Assembly (NCBI GenBank): GCA_013287465.1
Contig: JABDDS010000002.1
Span: 10,326-74,325, forward strand
Reading direction: 5' to 3'
DNA: 64,000 nt
Source of the DNA: Chlamydiota bacterium
GTDB lineage: Bacteria > Chlamydiota > Chlamydiia > Chlamydiales > Parachlamydiaceae
Part shown: positions 1-8,691 of the stretch, piece after piece
Numbering within the stretch: the first letter of the stretch is position 1
How the letters are laid out: every line of letters begins with the position of its first letter
Notes under the pieces: generated by a model
What the model was told of the DNA's origin: nothing
The model's input: only the letters and a program-made list of their open reading frames with translations
The model's database searches: none
Made by a program: the position numbers and the translations under genes

Positions 1-2
1 AT

Positions 3-314
3 TATGGTGTTAGGAGATGCCTAAGAACAATGGTGGATGGAGAATATCCACCCTACTGTAGATCCGTTTATGATATATCCACTTATGCAGTTGACCTGGC
101 TCTAAGAGACCTCAGGACAAATTATCACCTTTTCATTACCGACATTACCGAAAAAGGCACTGTCACTACGTCTGTCACAGATAATGTTTGCACTACGTTT
201 GATGAAAGCAAGGTATGTAGGTACGAATCTACTTCCTTATATGCCCTTAAAGAAGAGATTACAGAAAAGTTACTGCAAATCGTTGTAAGCAGAGGGATAA
301 AGGCTTTCTTATAG
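3..314 (+). CDS. hypothetical protein (possibly 3' part; frame open to left window edge)
   Basis: ORF 30..314. The same frame has no stop back to nt 3, so the gene may begin outside the window. No recognisable motif. Confidence 0.3.
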   Translation, partial: YGVRRCLRTMVDGEYPPYCRSVYDISTYAVDLALRDLRTNYHLFITDITEKGTVTTSVTDNVCTTFDESKVCRYESTSLYALKEEITEKLLQIVVSRGIKAFL

Positions 315-330
315 TCTAGAAGTCTAGTGT

Positions 331-525
331 CTAAGCCGCGGATGCGGCAAAAGCATGTAGCCATGGGCGTAAGCCCATGGATGGATCAAATCAATCATAT
401 GAGCCGCGAATGCGGCGACAGGCTTATAGATTTTCCTGTCGCCGCATTCGCGGCTCTTCACTCTATTTCGTTTTTCCATGGGCTTACGCCCATGGCTACA
501 TGCTTTTGCCGCATTCGCGGCTTAG
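331..525. repeat. nested palindromic element (family E): 50-bp inverted repeat enclosing a second 22-bp-stem hairpin
   Basis: Arms 331-380 and 476-525 are reverse complements with 1 mismatch (g/a). Inner hairpin is gagccgcgaatgcggcgacagg (401-422) / cctgtcgccgcattcgcggctc (435-456). Each outer arm ends in its own mini-hairpin ccatgggc-NNNN-gcccatgg. It fills the gap between convergent stops at 314 and 545. Confidence 0.9.
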
Positions 526-544
526 CACCGAAACTCACGTTAAG

Positions 545-1879
545 TTAAGACTCTTTGCTCTTCACAAAAACAACTTCGTTACGCAAGACAAAGATGCCTA
601 TCAAATTGGTGATTAACAGCAATGCACCAGCGAGGGACATAATAAGCAAGGCTTGTGTCTGATCGACGAAAGAGAATGCAATCAAAGCGCAGGCTCCATA
701 AATCAAATACAATGGCATACCACATTTTGGATAGAGAAAACGCGCACACTTAATCCCCACACAAAAGTAAGCAATCATCGTGCTATAACCAACAATAAAA
801 AGAAAAATGGGCATAAAAATATGCATATATGGGAAATATTGAGAAAGGGCTGTTTGAACGAGCAGCGAACCTGGGATGGGCTCTTCAGAAATCCAAACCC
901 CTGACATAAGCACAACCAATATACTCATTGTACACACGATGTTATCCACACAGACACCTAAAACAGCTAAACCAGCCTGCCGCTCCGGGTAAATGGTGTT
1001 TGATTCACTCTGAATAATTGAATCATACCCAATTCCAATATCAGCTGAGTAAGCAGCCCTTGAAATTCCATGCTGAATTGCCAAAAGAACGCTGCTTCCC
1101 ACAAAGCCCCCAATGGCAGCATGTCCTGTAAAAGCAGAGATAAAAACCGTTTTTAATAAAGCCGGCAACATTGTGATTTCGTTAAAAATGATCCAGAGGC
1201 ACATCACTGTGTAAAGTCCCATGAAAAAAGGCATCACGATGGAGCAGATTTTCCCCACTCTAGAAACCCCACCAACACTCGCATAAAGAACCAAAGTAAG
1301 CAGTCCCCCTATAACCAAGTAGCGATTCAGAGAAAAATTTGAGGCCAAGCTATCGGTCACAACTGCAAACTGGTAGATTTCCACTCCATAAACACAAAGC
1401 AATATCGCAATAAAAATAGGGATAAAACGATTGCTAAACGCTTGTTGGAGGAAGTACATCGGCCCGCCATCATAGCTTCCGCGATCATTCGTCACTCGAT
1501 ATTTGAGGCCTAAGAAAATTTCCGAATATTTAATGATTGTCCCAATGAAAGCAGCGACCCAAACCCAAAAAAGAGCTCCTGGTCCACCGATTTGGATTGC
1601 CGTGACTATAGCTACGACATTGCCGATTCCGATCATTCCGCCAACAGAGGCAAAGAAAGCCCTGAGAGGATGAACCCCTCTCACACCTTTTCCCGATTTA
1701 CCTAATAAAAAGAAAAACATTTTGAAGATCGAAGGCAAAGCACGTATCTGAAAAAAACGGGCTTGATAGGTCAGACAACATCCAAGTAATAAAATCAAAA
1801 CGAACGCAATATAACCCCAAAAAAAGCTATCTACATTCATTAAAAAACCAAAAATCGATTCGAGCATTACGTTCTCCAA
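545..1879 (-). CDS. sodium:alanine (amino acid:cation) symporter, AGCS family
   Basis: 444 aa polytopic membrane protein. GGMIGIGNVVAIVTAIQIGGPGALFWVWV matches the AGCS signature (GxGNIxGVAxAIxxGGPGAxFWMW). Confidence 0.85.
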   Translation of the reverse strand: MENVMLESIFGFLMNVDSFFWGYIAFVLILLLGCCLTYQARFFQIRALPSIFKMFFFLLGKSGKGVRGVHPLRAFFASVGGMIGIGNVVAIVTAIQIGGPGALFWVWVAAFIGTIIKYSEIFLGLKYRVTNDRGSYDGGPMYFLQQAFSNRFIPIFIAILLCVYGVEIYQFAVVTDSLASNFSLNRYLVIGGLLTLVLYASVGGVSRVGKICSIVMPFFMGLYTVMCLWIIFNEITMLPALLKTVFISAFTGHAAIGGFVGSSVLLAIQHGISRAAYSADIGIGYDSIIQSESNTIYPERQAGLAVLGVCVDNIVCTMSILVVLMSGVWISEEPIPGSLLVQTALSQYFPYMHIFMPIFLFIVGYSTMIAYFCVGIKCARFLYPKCGMPLYLIYGACALIAFSFVDQTQALLIMSLAGALLLITNLIGIFVLRNEVVFVKSKES

Positions 1880-1910
1880 AAAAAATACTTATCCGACGAG
1901 CGGGGATATA

Positions 1911-2036
1911 GACCACATTTCAACATTTTTCTGTTCCTACGCGAAGCGTTTGGAGTGCGAAAGTCCTCTTTCGCTTTGTTGTTCAAGATAAAGCGAAAGA
2001 GGACTTTCGCACTCCAAACGCTTCGCGTAGCATTGG
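1911..2036 (+). repeat. family A palindromic element, copy 1 (94-bp palindrome 1937-2030 plus conserved asymmetric 5' flank)
   Basis: ctacgcgaagcgtttggagtgcgaaagtcctctttcgcttt ... aaagcgaaagaggactttcgcactccaaacgcttcgcgtag, arms perfectly complementary. 5' flank gaccacatttcaacatttttctgtt and 3' flank cattg are shared with copy 4. Confidence 0.9.
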
Positions 2037-2058
2037 CTCTTCTTATGTATCAATATGC

Positions 2059-4533
2059 TTAAGTTTCACTCACTCTTGAGCTTTTCTCCAAAAAAATAAG
2101 TCCACTAAACTTTCTTAAAAAATTACAAGAGATGGCTAACGGTAGCAATAAAGTTGCGCATGCTATAGTTGTGATTCTAGACCACCAAGCATCAGATTCT
2201 AAGAGATAAGCAGCCTTATCTGCCACAACTTTATGTTTTTCTAGGCATATGGGATCCGTGGCAATGCTATTTAAAGACACATGTTGGTAGCTAGCTATAT
2301 TCATTCTGGATGCTGCGTCTAAAGCACCTTCGCAGTTCCCTTGTTTAAGATGATTGGTTGCTAAGGTCTGTAGAGCAGTATCTTGATAAGTAGCAATATT
2401 CATCAATGAAGCGGCTTTTAGTGTTACATCCGGTTGTTTTTCTAAACATCCAGAATCGGTAACAATGCTACTTAAAGCCGCATCTTGGTAGGTAGCTATA
2501 TTCATTTTGGATGCTGCGTCTAAAGAACCTTCGCAGTTCCCTTGTTTAAGATGATTGGTTGCTAAGGTCTGTAGAGCAGTATCTTGATAAGTAGCAATAT
2601 TCATCAATGAAGCGGCTTTTAGTGTTACATCCGGTTGTTTTTCTAAACATCCAGAATCGGTAACAATGCTACTTAAAGCCGCATCTTGGTAGGTAGCTAT
2701 ATTCATTTTGGATGCTGCGTCTAAAGAACCTTCGCAGTTCCCTTGTTTAAGATGATTGGTTGCTAAGGTCTGTAGAGCAGTATCTTGATAAGTAGCAATA
2801 TTCATCAATGAAGCGGCTTTTAGTGTTACATCCGGTTGTTTTTCTAAACATCCAGAATCGGTAACAATGCTACTTAAAGCCGTATCTTGGTAGGTAGCTA
2901 TATTCATTTTGGATGCTGCGCCTAAAGCACCCTCACAATTTCCTTGAGAAAGTTGACGGTTAACAATCGCTCTCCGCCCTAAATCTTGACTAGAGAAATC
3001 ATACATTAATGACACTGCCTGTTCTGCTACATCAAGGTCATTTTCAGTGCATTGATTAGCAATATCAACAAGTGCTGTATCCCGAAACGAATACCAATGT
3101 ATTTCTGAAGCAGTCTTGAGAGCTCCTGAACAATCTCTATTTGCAAGTTGAGATTTCACCTCTTTTTGAAGATTGTAGGCGTTCCATATACTCTTCTTTC
3201 TTCCATAAATGTTCCAAACAGAAAACGCAGCATTTGTAGAATGCACTACAACATTTTTAAATGCCCTACTAGGATCGAGTTTACGATTCCGCCATCCTGC
3301 TTGAATCCCTTGCCAAATAGATTGGCCTACCCAATATGTCCTACAAATTAGAGAAGCTTCCCCTAAGATTGGCACACCATCAAGCGGAGCTAGCGCTAAT
3401 AAAACAGAAATACAATTACTAAAAAAGGAACTTCGATTTAATTCTTCTTGGTTTTTAAAAAAATTAATCAAATAACGTACCCCATGACTTACCGCCATGC
3501 CTGATAATACGAATGGAGTCGTATACTGCAACACCGAAGCTAATAGGTCGTTATTATTCCCATAATAACTTTGAATCCATGTTGCAATGGAACAGGCGCA
3601 CATTAGTGTTGAGAGTAAACCTAACTTTAAGGGATCTCGCTTCTGACTTCGATCTTGTGCAATATTTACCATTAACGCCATAGGAGATACTTTTGCACTT
3701 TCTATTAAAGGATTTGCTCTTTTTTCAATAAGAAACCGCGCTGTTGTAAAGTCTTCCCTTGATATTGCCCAGTGAAGTGGAGTATAGCCCATATCATCGT
3801 AGGCATCTGGACTTAACCCACCATCTATTAACAGATTTATAATCTCTTTATTTCTACCTAGAGCCGCGGCGTGCAGCACAGATGCTTTATGGTTTGTTAA
3901 CAGAGCAGTTTTAGCCCCATGTTCGATCAACCACCGAACGACAGACTCATTTCCAGCTTTCACTGCAAGATATAAAGCTGTTTGTCCTGTGAGTGTTTGT
4001 TCATTGATGTCAAAACCCAATAACAATATCTTCTCAAGCTCATCTACATTGCCATTTCGTGCAGCTAGATGCCAAGGACCTAGGTCGGAATACTCGTAAA
4101 CTCTCTCGCGGATTTCTTTTTTGGCAATGTCGATCTGCTCATTGGAACATCCCTTGATATCTTCTACGGTCTTTTTACAAAAAAGCCCAATGACTAAAGC
4201 TTTAAATTCTTGATTATTCGTTAAAAATAAATGATCTAAAGCTGTGAGGCCCTGATCATCTCGTTCATTCAGATCAATCTGAAAATGTGCAAAAAACAAC
4301 TCTACAACCTGGGCAGATTGCTCACGAATAGCAAAATGAAGTGGCAGTTCTCCGTTCGGCAGCTTAGTATATATGAATTCCGGCGATAACGAAGCGATGG
4401 CTGCTTCTATTATTTGGGGGTCATTTTTCGAAATTGCGGATTGTATATTATTTGCGAATGATTCTTTAGGATTTTGCTCTATTGACCTTTCTCTAAACGA
4501 CCGCAAGCAAGCCCAATTGGATATAGAAGACAT
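2059..4533 (-). CDS. ankyrin-repeat membrane protein with C-terminal 67-aa tandem repeats (candidate secreted/host-interaction protein)
   Basis: 824 aa. N-terminal half has about 5-6 ankyrin repeats (e.g. GQTALYLAVKAGNESVVRWLIEHGA, GYTPLHWAISREDFTTARFLIEKRANP). Central hydrophobic segments include LLSTLMCACSIATWI, FVLSGMAVSHGV and ISVLLALAPLDGVPILG. The C-terminal repeats are NIATYQD.AL...; there is also a terminal hydrophobic helix. Confidence 0.85.
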   Translation of the reverse strand: MSSISNWACLRSFRERSIEQNPKESFANNIQSAISKNDPQIIEAAIASLSPEFIYTKLPNGELPLHFAIREQSAQVVELFFAHFQIDLNERDDQGLTALDHLFLTNNQEFKALVIGLFCKKTVEDIKGCSNEQIDIAKKEIRERVYEYSDLGPWHLAARNGNVDELEKILLLGFDINEQTLTGQTALYLAVKAGNESVVRWLIEHGAKTALLTNHKASVLHAAALGRNKEIINLLIDGGLSPDAYDDMGYTPLHWAISREDFTTARFLIEKRANPLIESAKVSPMALMVNIAQDRSQKRDPLKLGLLSTLMCACSIATWIQSYYGNNNDLLASVLQYTTPFVLSGMAVSHGVRYLINFFKNQEELNRSSFFSNCISVLLALAPLDGVPILGEASLICRTYWVGQSIWQGIQAGWRNRKLDPSRAFKNVVVHSTNAAFSVWNIYGRKKSIWNAYNLQKEVKSQLANRDCSGALKTASEIHWYSFRDTALVDIANQCTENDLDVAEQAVSLMYDFSSQDLGRRAIVNRQLSQGNCEGALGAASKMNIATYQDTALSSIVTDSGCLEKQPDVTLKAASLMNIATYQDTALQTLATNHLKQGNCEGSLDAASKMNIATYQDAALSSIVTDSGCLEKQPDVTLKAASLMNIATYQDTALQTLATNHLKQGNCEGSLDAASKMNIATYQDAALSSIVTDSGCLEKQPDVTLKAASLMNIATYQDTALQTLATNHLKQGNCEGALDAASRMNIASYQHVSLNSIATDPICLEKHKVVADKAAYLLESDAWWSRITTIACATLLLPLAISCNFLRKFSGLIFLEKSSRVSET
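2286..2940 (-). repeat. intragenic tandem repeat, 201-bp period, about 3.3 copies
   Basis: 2401-2601 and 2602-2802 are identical by direct reading. Flanking partial copies (2286-2400, 2803-2940) carry a few substitutions. The unit encodes 67 aa made of two 33/34-aa sub-repeats. Confidence 0.9.
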
Positions 4534-4918
4534 CTTTACTCCTTATTAGAGGACAATAACTCCTCACAGCAAACTGCTCGGAATTAAACCTTAAGAATTT
4601 AAAAATCACAGAATTGGCAAGACCCCATAACATAAAAATAGGCTGCTGATTCCAAAAGGGGATTGTATCACAAATTTAACTTAAATTACAATAAAAAACA
4701 ACAGTTTACATCCCTTTTAATTCTAATACATAATCTATAGAAAAATCTGGAAACACCTTAGAAACATAACCCACATTTTCACGCCAAGCAGGAGTAAATG
4801 TCCCCCTCTCTTTTTTCGACCTATTTTCATGGATAAAATTGTATAAAATCGAATACAACACGGACAGATTAATAGATAAAATAAAAAAACCTATTTTGAC
4901 AGGTTCAAAGGTAAATTT

Positions 4919-5119
4919 ATGAGCAACCACCGTGAAATGCAGCTAAATATTATCCATAAATCCGATAAAAACACTGATTTGCTATTTTGGTTAAAAAAAA
5001 CTCCCGAGGAGCGGATCGATGCTGTTGAATTTTTGAGAAGTCAACATTACGTTTTATCTGGTTATAAAAGCATTCCTAGATTCGTTCCCGGAGTTCAAAT
5101 AAGGCCATTCCACGAATGA
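4919..5119 (+). CDS. small hypothetical protein
   Basis: 66-aa ORF with ATG. Its 3' end overlaps the def-like fragment by 25 nt. No motif recognised with certainty. Confidence 0.25.
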   Translation: MSNHREMQLNIIHKSDKNTDLLFWLKKTPEERIDAVEFLRSQHYVLSGYKSIPRFVPGVQIRPFHE

Positions 5120-5391
5120 ATATCCACCCCGATTTTAAGGGGCCAGTTTTCCCACTGTTCCAAATATAGGCTGTATTGATTATCCGGCACCCAGTGAAGA
5201 ACTCCATTTTCACCGACGCGGTCGGGAAAGCGAATGCCATCGAGGTGATCTACCTCATGCTGAAAAATTCTGGCAGTAAAACCTGAAAATATTTTATTGA
5301 TAGGATTTCCTTCCCGATCAAAAGCTATCAGCTGAATCTTTTCAGATCTAGGAATCTTTGGTTTACACCCATGGCTACATGTAAAAGAAAG
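5095..5391 (-). pseudogene. peptide deformylase C-terminal fragment (def-like, N-terminal half missing)
   Basis: Retains motif 3 QHEVDHLDG and the preceding region (KIPRSEKIQLIAFDREGNP...GFTARIF). Lacks motif 1 (GxGxAAxQ) and the EGC of EGCLS. Homology stops where the family B element begins. The ORF-track N-terminus (5392-5445) is read out of the repeat. Confidence 0.6.
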
Positions 5392-5694
5392 GTGATTCAA
5401 AGATATACATTGGCAATTTTTCGTGCGCCCACTACCGGGGCGCATTCATTCGTCGCCATCCTCCCCGCTTTCCGCTCGCTGCGCTCGCTTCAAACGGGGC
5501 TAATCACATTCCTTCCCTACCGGGAGAAGGGGGACAAAGATTCGTGTTTTTATTCCTCTCCCGGTAGGGAGAAATGTGATTAGCCCCGTTTAAAGCGAGT
5601 GCAGCGAGCGGAAAGCGGGGAAAACATAATAAACAAACGCGCCCCGGTAGCGGGCGCAGGAAAAATTATCAGCGTACAACTTTTAATCACATCC
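5391..5694. repeat. family B long palindromic element, copy 1 (about 300 bp, GC-rich)
   Basis: Whole-element inverted symmetry (gcgcccactaccggggcgc ... gcgccccggtagcgggcgc; ccccgctttccgctcgctgcgctcgcttcaaacggggctaatcacat ... atgtgattagccccgtttaaagcgagtgcagcgagcggaaagcgggg). Near-identical to 34498-34791. The right end lies 2 nt from the atpK stop codon. Confidence 0.9.
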
Positions 5695-5696
5695 CA

Positions 5697-6119
5697 TTAA
5701 AGGAGCAGGATCGAAAACACGAAGGTGAACAACGCAAAGGATTCAATGATTCCAACCGCAGCAAAACACTTACCAAAAATAGCTGGCTGCTTAGCACTTG
5801 CTTGAATCCCTGTTGCGCAGACTTTACCCTGAAATACTGCTGATGCCAAAAAGGCTAATCCGGCAAATAATCCCATCGCGATGCCTGATACCGGAGATAG
5901 AGTCCCTGCAATAATCGCCTTGCTCATCAGCAGCATCAAAATAAATCCATAAATCGATTGAGAAGCTGGCGCTGCTGACATCCCAATGTATTTACCATGT
6001 CCCTCTTCCACACGGCTCATCACAGCGTGTGAAGCTGCTCCTGCGATGTAGCATCCTATACAACTGCCTATTGAACTGATTGCAAGAACCATCACAGGCC
6101 CTACCATGTTAAAATCCAT
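5697..6119 (-). CDS. atpK: V-type ATP synthase subunit K (proteolipid)
   Basis: 140 aa with four hydrophobic helices and Gly/Ala-rich proteolipid composition. Last gene of the V-ATPase operon. Confidence 0.9.
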   Translation of the reverse strand: MDFNMVGPVMVLAISSIGSCIGCYIAGAASHAVMSRVEEGHGKYIGMSAAPASQSIYGFILMLLMSKAIIAGTLSPVSGIAMGLFAGLAFLASAVFQGKVCATGIQASAKQPAIFGKCFAAVGIIESFALFTFVFSILLL

Positions 6120-6128
6120 TGACTCCTC

Positions 6129-8054
6129 CTATTCTATTTCTTGTTTTTTTAAGGGGTGAAACATTTTACCTCCCCCTTCGAAACTGTAATGGTACCATTC
6201 CAAAAAGTTAAGACGCAAACCGTGAATGACGCCTCCCATAATCCCCAACACAATATTGACAATATGTCCAAAGACAAGAAGTATCACACCAAAAACTAAC
6301 GGTAGGCCCGCGGCCAGATCTATTGTAGTGGCCGTTAGCAGAGATCCCGATAACCCCAATGCATAAAGTCGCAAATAAGAAAGAATGTCCCCAAAAATTT
6401 GAATTAACACACTCGCTTCCAAAAGCCCTAACCATTTATGTTGAATAATTGCAGCGACTACGGCGGTGCCAAATCCTACATACATCATATCCAGACCAAC
6501 AGTAGCAGCTATTTGTGGATCGACGCCAAAAGCAAAATTCACTATCGATGCCGCACCGAGAAAACTCGGAGTATAGAGATAGGCTCCAATGATAAAGACA
6601 ATCCATCCCAGGTTTGCCCAATTGCGATTTCCATAGCGCGCCATTGAAAATACGATATGAATCACCCCCACAAGCAAGGCTAGCTCCATCATAATATTGT
6701 CGGAAAATTTCCCATAAGCATCGTAGCTGATCGTACCGCGGTTATTTATGCTTGAGGCCTTGACGAGGAATTCCTCCATATTTGTGACATCTTTAAGCTC
6801 CGGAACCTTCTTAAGCCACTCTTGATACACCTCGTCTTTACGGCCGACGTGATAGGCCGCTTTCTTTTCCGCTAGCCATGACATCGCTGATACGTGACGA
6901 ATGGGGTTGTCGGGGGCGATCGTAATCCCAAAAAAAGAAGTTGTTAAAACACCCCAGACAACGCATGAAAAACCCAATATTGTAAACAAATCGAGAAAGC
7001 GTTTTTTCATTCCTTTAATTGCCGAGTGTTTATAACGGATATAAAGGGCTATTGACAACAAGACTAGCCCATAGCCCCCATCGCCGATAATCATCGAAAA
7101 GAAAAGAGCAAAAAATAGAAGAACCCACAACGAGGGGTCATTGTCTTTGTTTGATGGAGTATCGTAAATATGGACGAGATCTTCACCAAGACGTGAAACA
7201 CCATAATTTTCCAAACATGTAGGAATCACATCAGTTGGGTCTGGGTGTACCTCTTCAACAAAAACATTAAATTCATTTACTAAAGCATAAAGTTCATTCA
7301 TTTTATTGACAGGAACCCATCCCTGAACGACAAAAAGATTTTCCTTATCTATAGGAAACTCTATACATTTTTTAGCTGTTTCAAGATCATGATCGTTGAG
7401 TTCTCTAACCAGAACATGATGGAGAAACGTGTTATACTTAGCAAAGCTCTTTAACAGGTGCTCCTTCGCATGAATCTCTTTTTCAATCTCGTGATACCGG
7501 TTTTTCAATGCTCCATGGGGACGATCGATAAACATCTCCACCATTTTAGGATATTGTTTCGATTCCTTATTGATAGCGATGAAATAATCTAGACCATGAT
7601 CAGAATCGATATAAATCAGTTCCAATGGTAAAGAATGATGCTCTGCATATCCCCGTTTCGCGCAATAAAACTGGATTTTTCGATTTGCTTCCTTTTCGAT
7701 TTTGGCGATTTCTTCCAAAGAAAAATCGCCGAATGCCGCGACTCGCGAAATTTCGAGACGTATGATCCGTTCTTCTTCTGCCAAAGCGTTCAAAGAGTGC
7801 TTCAGATCGAGAATTTTATTGACCATCGCATCGGCAATGCCAAATTCATGAGTTTCATCTTGTTCGACAACAGGAAGTCCTCGAAGGACTTTAATCGCCT
7901 GAGCAACCTTTTGAACCTCTATAGAAGCCTCTTTGGTCTGCGACGGTTTAGGATTAATGAAATGGATGATACCAGCTTCCTGGGCGCGTTGAAAAAAGAG
8001 AGCTTTGTCTCTCTCCACTCCAACAAACAAGAATTTCTTTACGTCATAACGCAT
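6129..8054 (-). CDS. atpI: V-type ATP synthase subunit I
   Basis: 641 aa. Soluble coiled N-terminal half plus polytopic C-terminal half (LSYLRLYALGLSG motif typical of subunit I/a). Operon position fits. Confidence 0.9.
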   Translation of the reverse strand: MRYDVKKFLFVGVERDKALFFQRAQEAGIIHFINPKPSQTKEASIEVQKVAQAIKVLRGLPVVEQDETHEFGIADAMVNKILDLKHSLNALAEEERIIRLEISRVAAFGDFSLEEIAKIEKEANRKIQFYCAKRGYAEHHSLPLELIYIDSDHGLDYFIAINKESKQYPKMVEMFIDRPHGALKNRYHEIEKEIHAKEHLLKSFAKYNTFLHHVLVRELNDHDLETAKKCIEFPIDKENLFVVQGWVPVNKMNELYALVNEFNVFVEEVHPDPTDVIPTCLENYGVSRLGEDLVHIYDTPSNKDNDPSLWVLLFFALFFSMIIGDGGYGLVLLSIALYIRYKHSAIKGMKKRFLDLFTILGFSCVVWGVLTTSFFGITIAPDNPIRHVSAMSWLAEKKAAYHVGRKDEVYQEWLKKVPELKDVTNMEEFLVKASSINNRGTISYDAYGKFSDNIMMELALLVGVIHIVFSMARYGNRNWANLGWIVFIIGAYLYTPSFLGAASIVNFAFGVDPQIAATVGLDMMYVGFGTAVVAAIIQHKWLGLLEASVLIQIFGDILSYLRLYALGLSGSLLTATTIDLAAGLPLVFGVILLVFGHIVNIVLGIMGGVIHGLRLNFLEWYHYSFEGGGKMFHPLKKQEIE

Positions 8055-8058
8055 ATTG

Positions 8059-8691
8059 TCACCCTACCAACAGTGATTTTTTTCGCCTCTCGATTTTAGC
8101 CTTTGCCACTTTAGCTTGAGAGACTGCTGCCAACTGTTGGTCGCCTAAAAATACTTTAATCTTTTTAATATTTCTAATCGCTCGAGGAATGAGGATTTTC
8201 TCAAAGAGATTCACCCGTATCGACACTTCACGCCATTCCTTCTCAAGAGCTAGTTTCTTCTGTTCTGCAATTTTGATCTTCACCTGAGCTGTTGCTAAGG
8301 TGCGCAACCCTGCTGTCACGGCATCTACCCATGCGGGAGTGTCGAACAAATTATAACTAAATTCTGCAAAAACAATCCCTTCAAAATAAGGCACTTCCAC
8401 CCCGGCAATATTCTCATATCTTCTATGGACCTTAACGATTTTTGCGCTGTCGCGAATATCAAATGGCAAATGATCTGTCAGGAGCTCTCCATAGTTATCT
8501 ACCTGGGTGCGAATGCGCGAAAATTCTTCTTCACACTTCACAATTTCAATAGAAGCTTCCGTCACTTCAGCCTGAAGCATTGCCTTCTTCAACTGCAATG
8601 TTGGCAAGTATTTCTGAAGCTGTAGTAGGCGGCTCTGTTGGAGACGGAGCTCATTTTTTGTCAGTTTTACTTCTGTCATTTTTTTGGCCAA
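8059..8691 (-). CDS. atpD: V-type ATP synthase subunit D
   Basis: 210 aa helical protein with an N-terminal [28 protein letters not shown] pattern. Located between atpB and atpI. Confidence 0.85.
   Translation of the reverse strand: MAKKMTEVKLTKNELRLQQSRLLQLQKYLPTLQLKKAMLQAEVTEASIEIVKCEEEFSRIRTQVDNYGELLTDHLPFDIRDSAKIVKVHRRYENIAGVEVPYFEGIVFAEFSYNLFDTPAWVDAVTAGLRTLATAQVKIKIAEQKKLALEKEWREVSIRVNLFEKILIPRAIRNIKKIKVFLGDQQLAAVSQAKVAKAKIERRKKSLLVG

Noticed and set aside
327-616. ORFs 327..548, 377..616 and 125..364 reading through the family E palindrome
   Set aside because: They exist only because the palindrome gives stop-free frames on both strands. For example, both strands encode MATCFCRIRGL. 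There is no SD or coding context.
942-950. Perfect DnaA box TTATCCACA
   Set aside because: It is a single occurrence inside the symporter CDS with no cluster of boxes and no adjacent AT-rich unwinding region or dnaA/dnaN, so it is compatible with chance.
2286-2940. Possible CRISPR array (regular repeats here and at 33262..33985)
   Set aside because: The repeats are contiguous (201 and 168 bp, multiples of 3) with no unique spacers. They lie in frame inside long ORFs and no cas genes are present. They are protein-coding tandem repeats.
4706-4930. 74-aa minus-strand ORF upstream of the small + strand ORF
   Set aside because: No SD and no motif. The N-terminus is hydrophobic low-complexity and overlaps the start of 4919..5119. 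It could be a gene remnant but cannot be supported.
5368-5381. 14-mer cccatggctacatg shared between the def remnant and the family E arm (489..502)
   Set aside because: The match is short and lies within sequence that still aligns to PDF (TCSHG), so it is probably coincidental. It is noted only as a possible micro-homology at the deletion junction.
5371-5583. ORFs 5371..5583 and 34496..34681 sharing PAFRSLRSLQTGLIT
   Set aside because: Both lie entirely inside family B elements. The similarity reflects the DNA repeat. The frames end at the element apex and differ outside the repeat core.
7635-8099. Long antisense or out-of-frame ORFs inside well-supported genes (e.g. 7635..8099, 26455..26808, 26982..27374, 28598..28996, 31305..31556, 32015..32275, 37745..38144, 61441..61746)
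   Set aside because: Each overlaps a gene with strong family-level motifs. Their compositions are typical of shadow ORFs.
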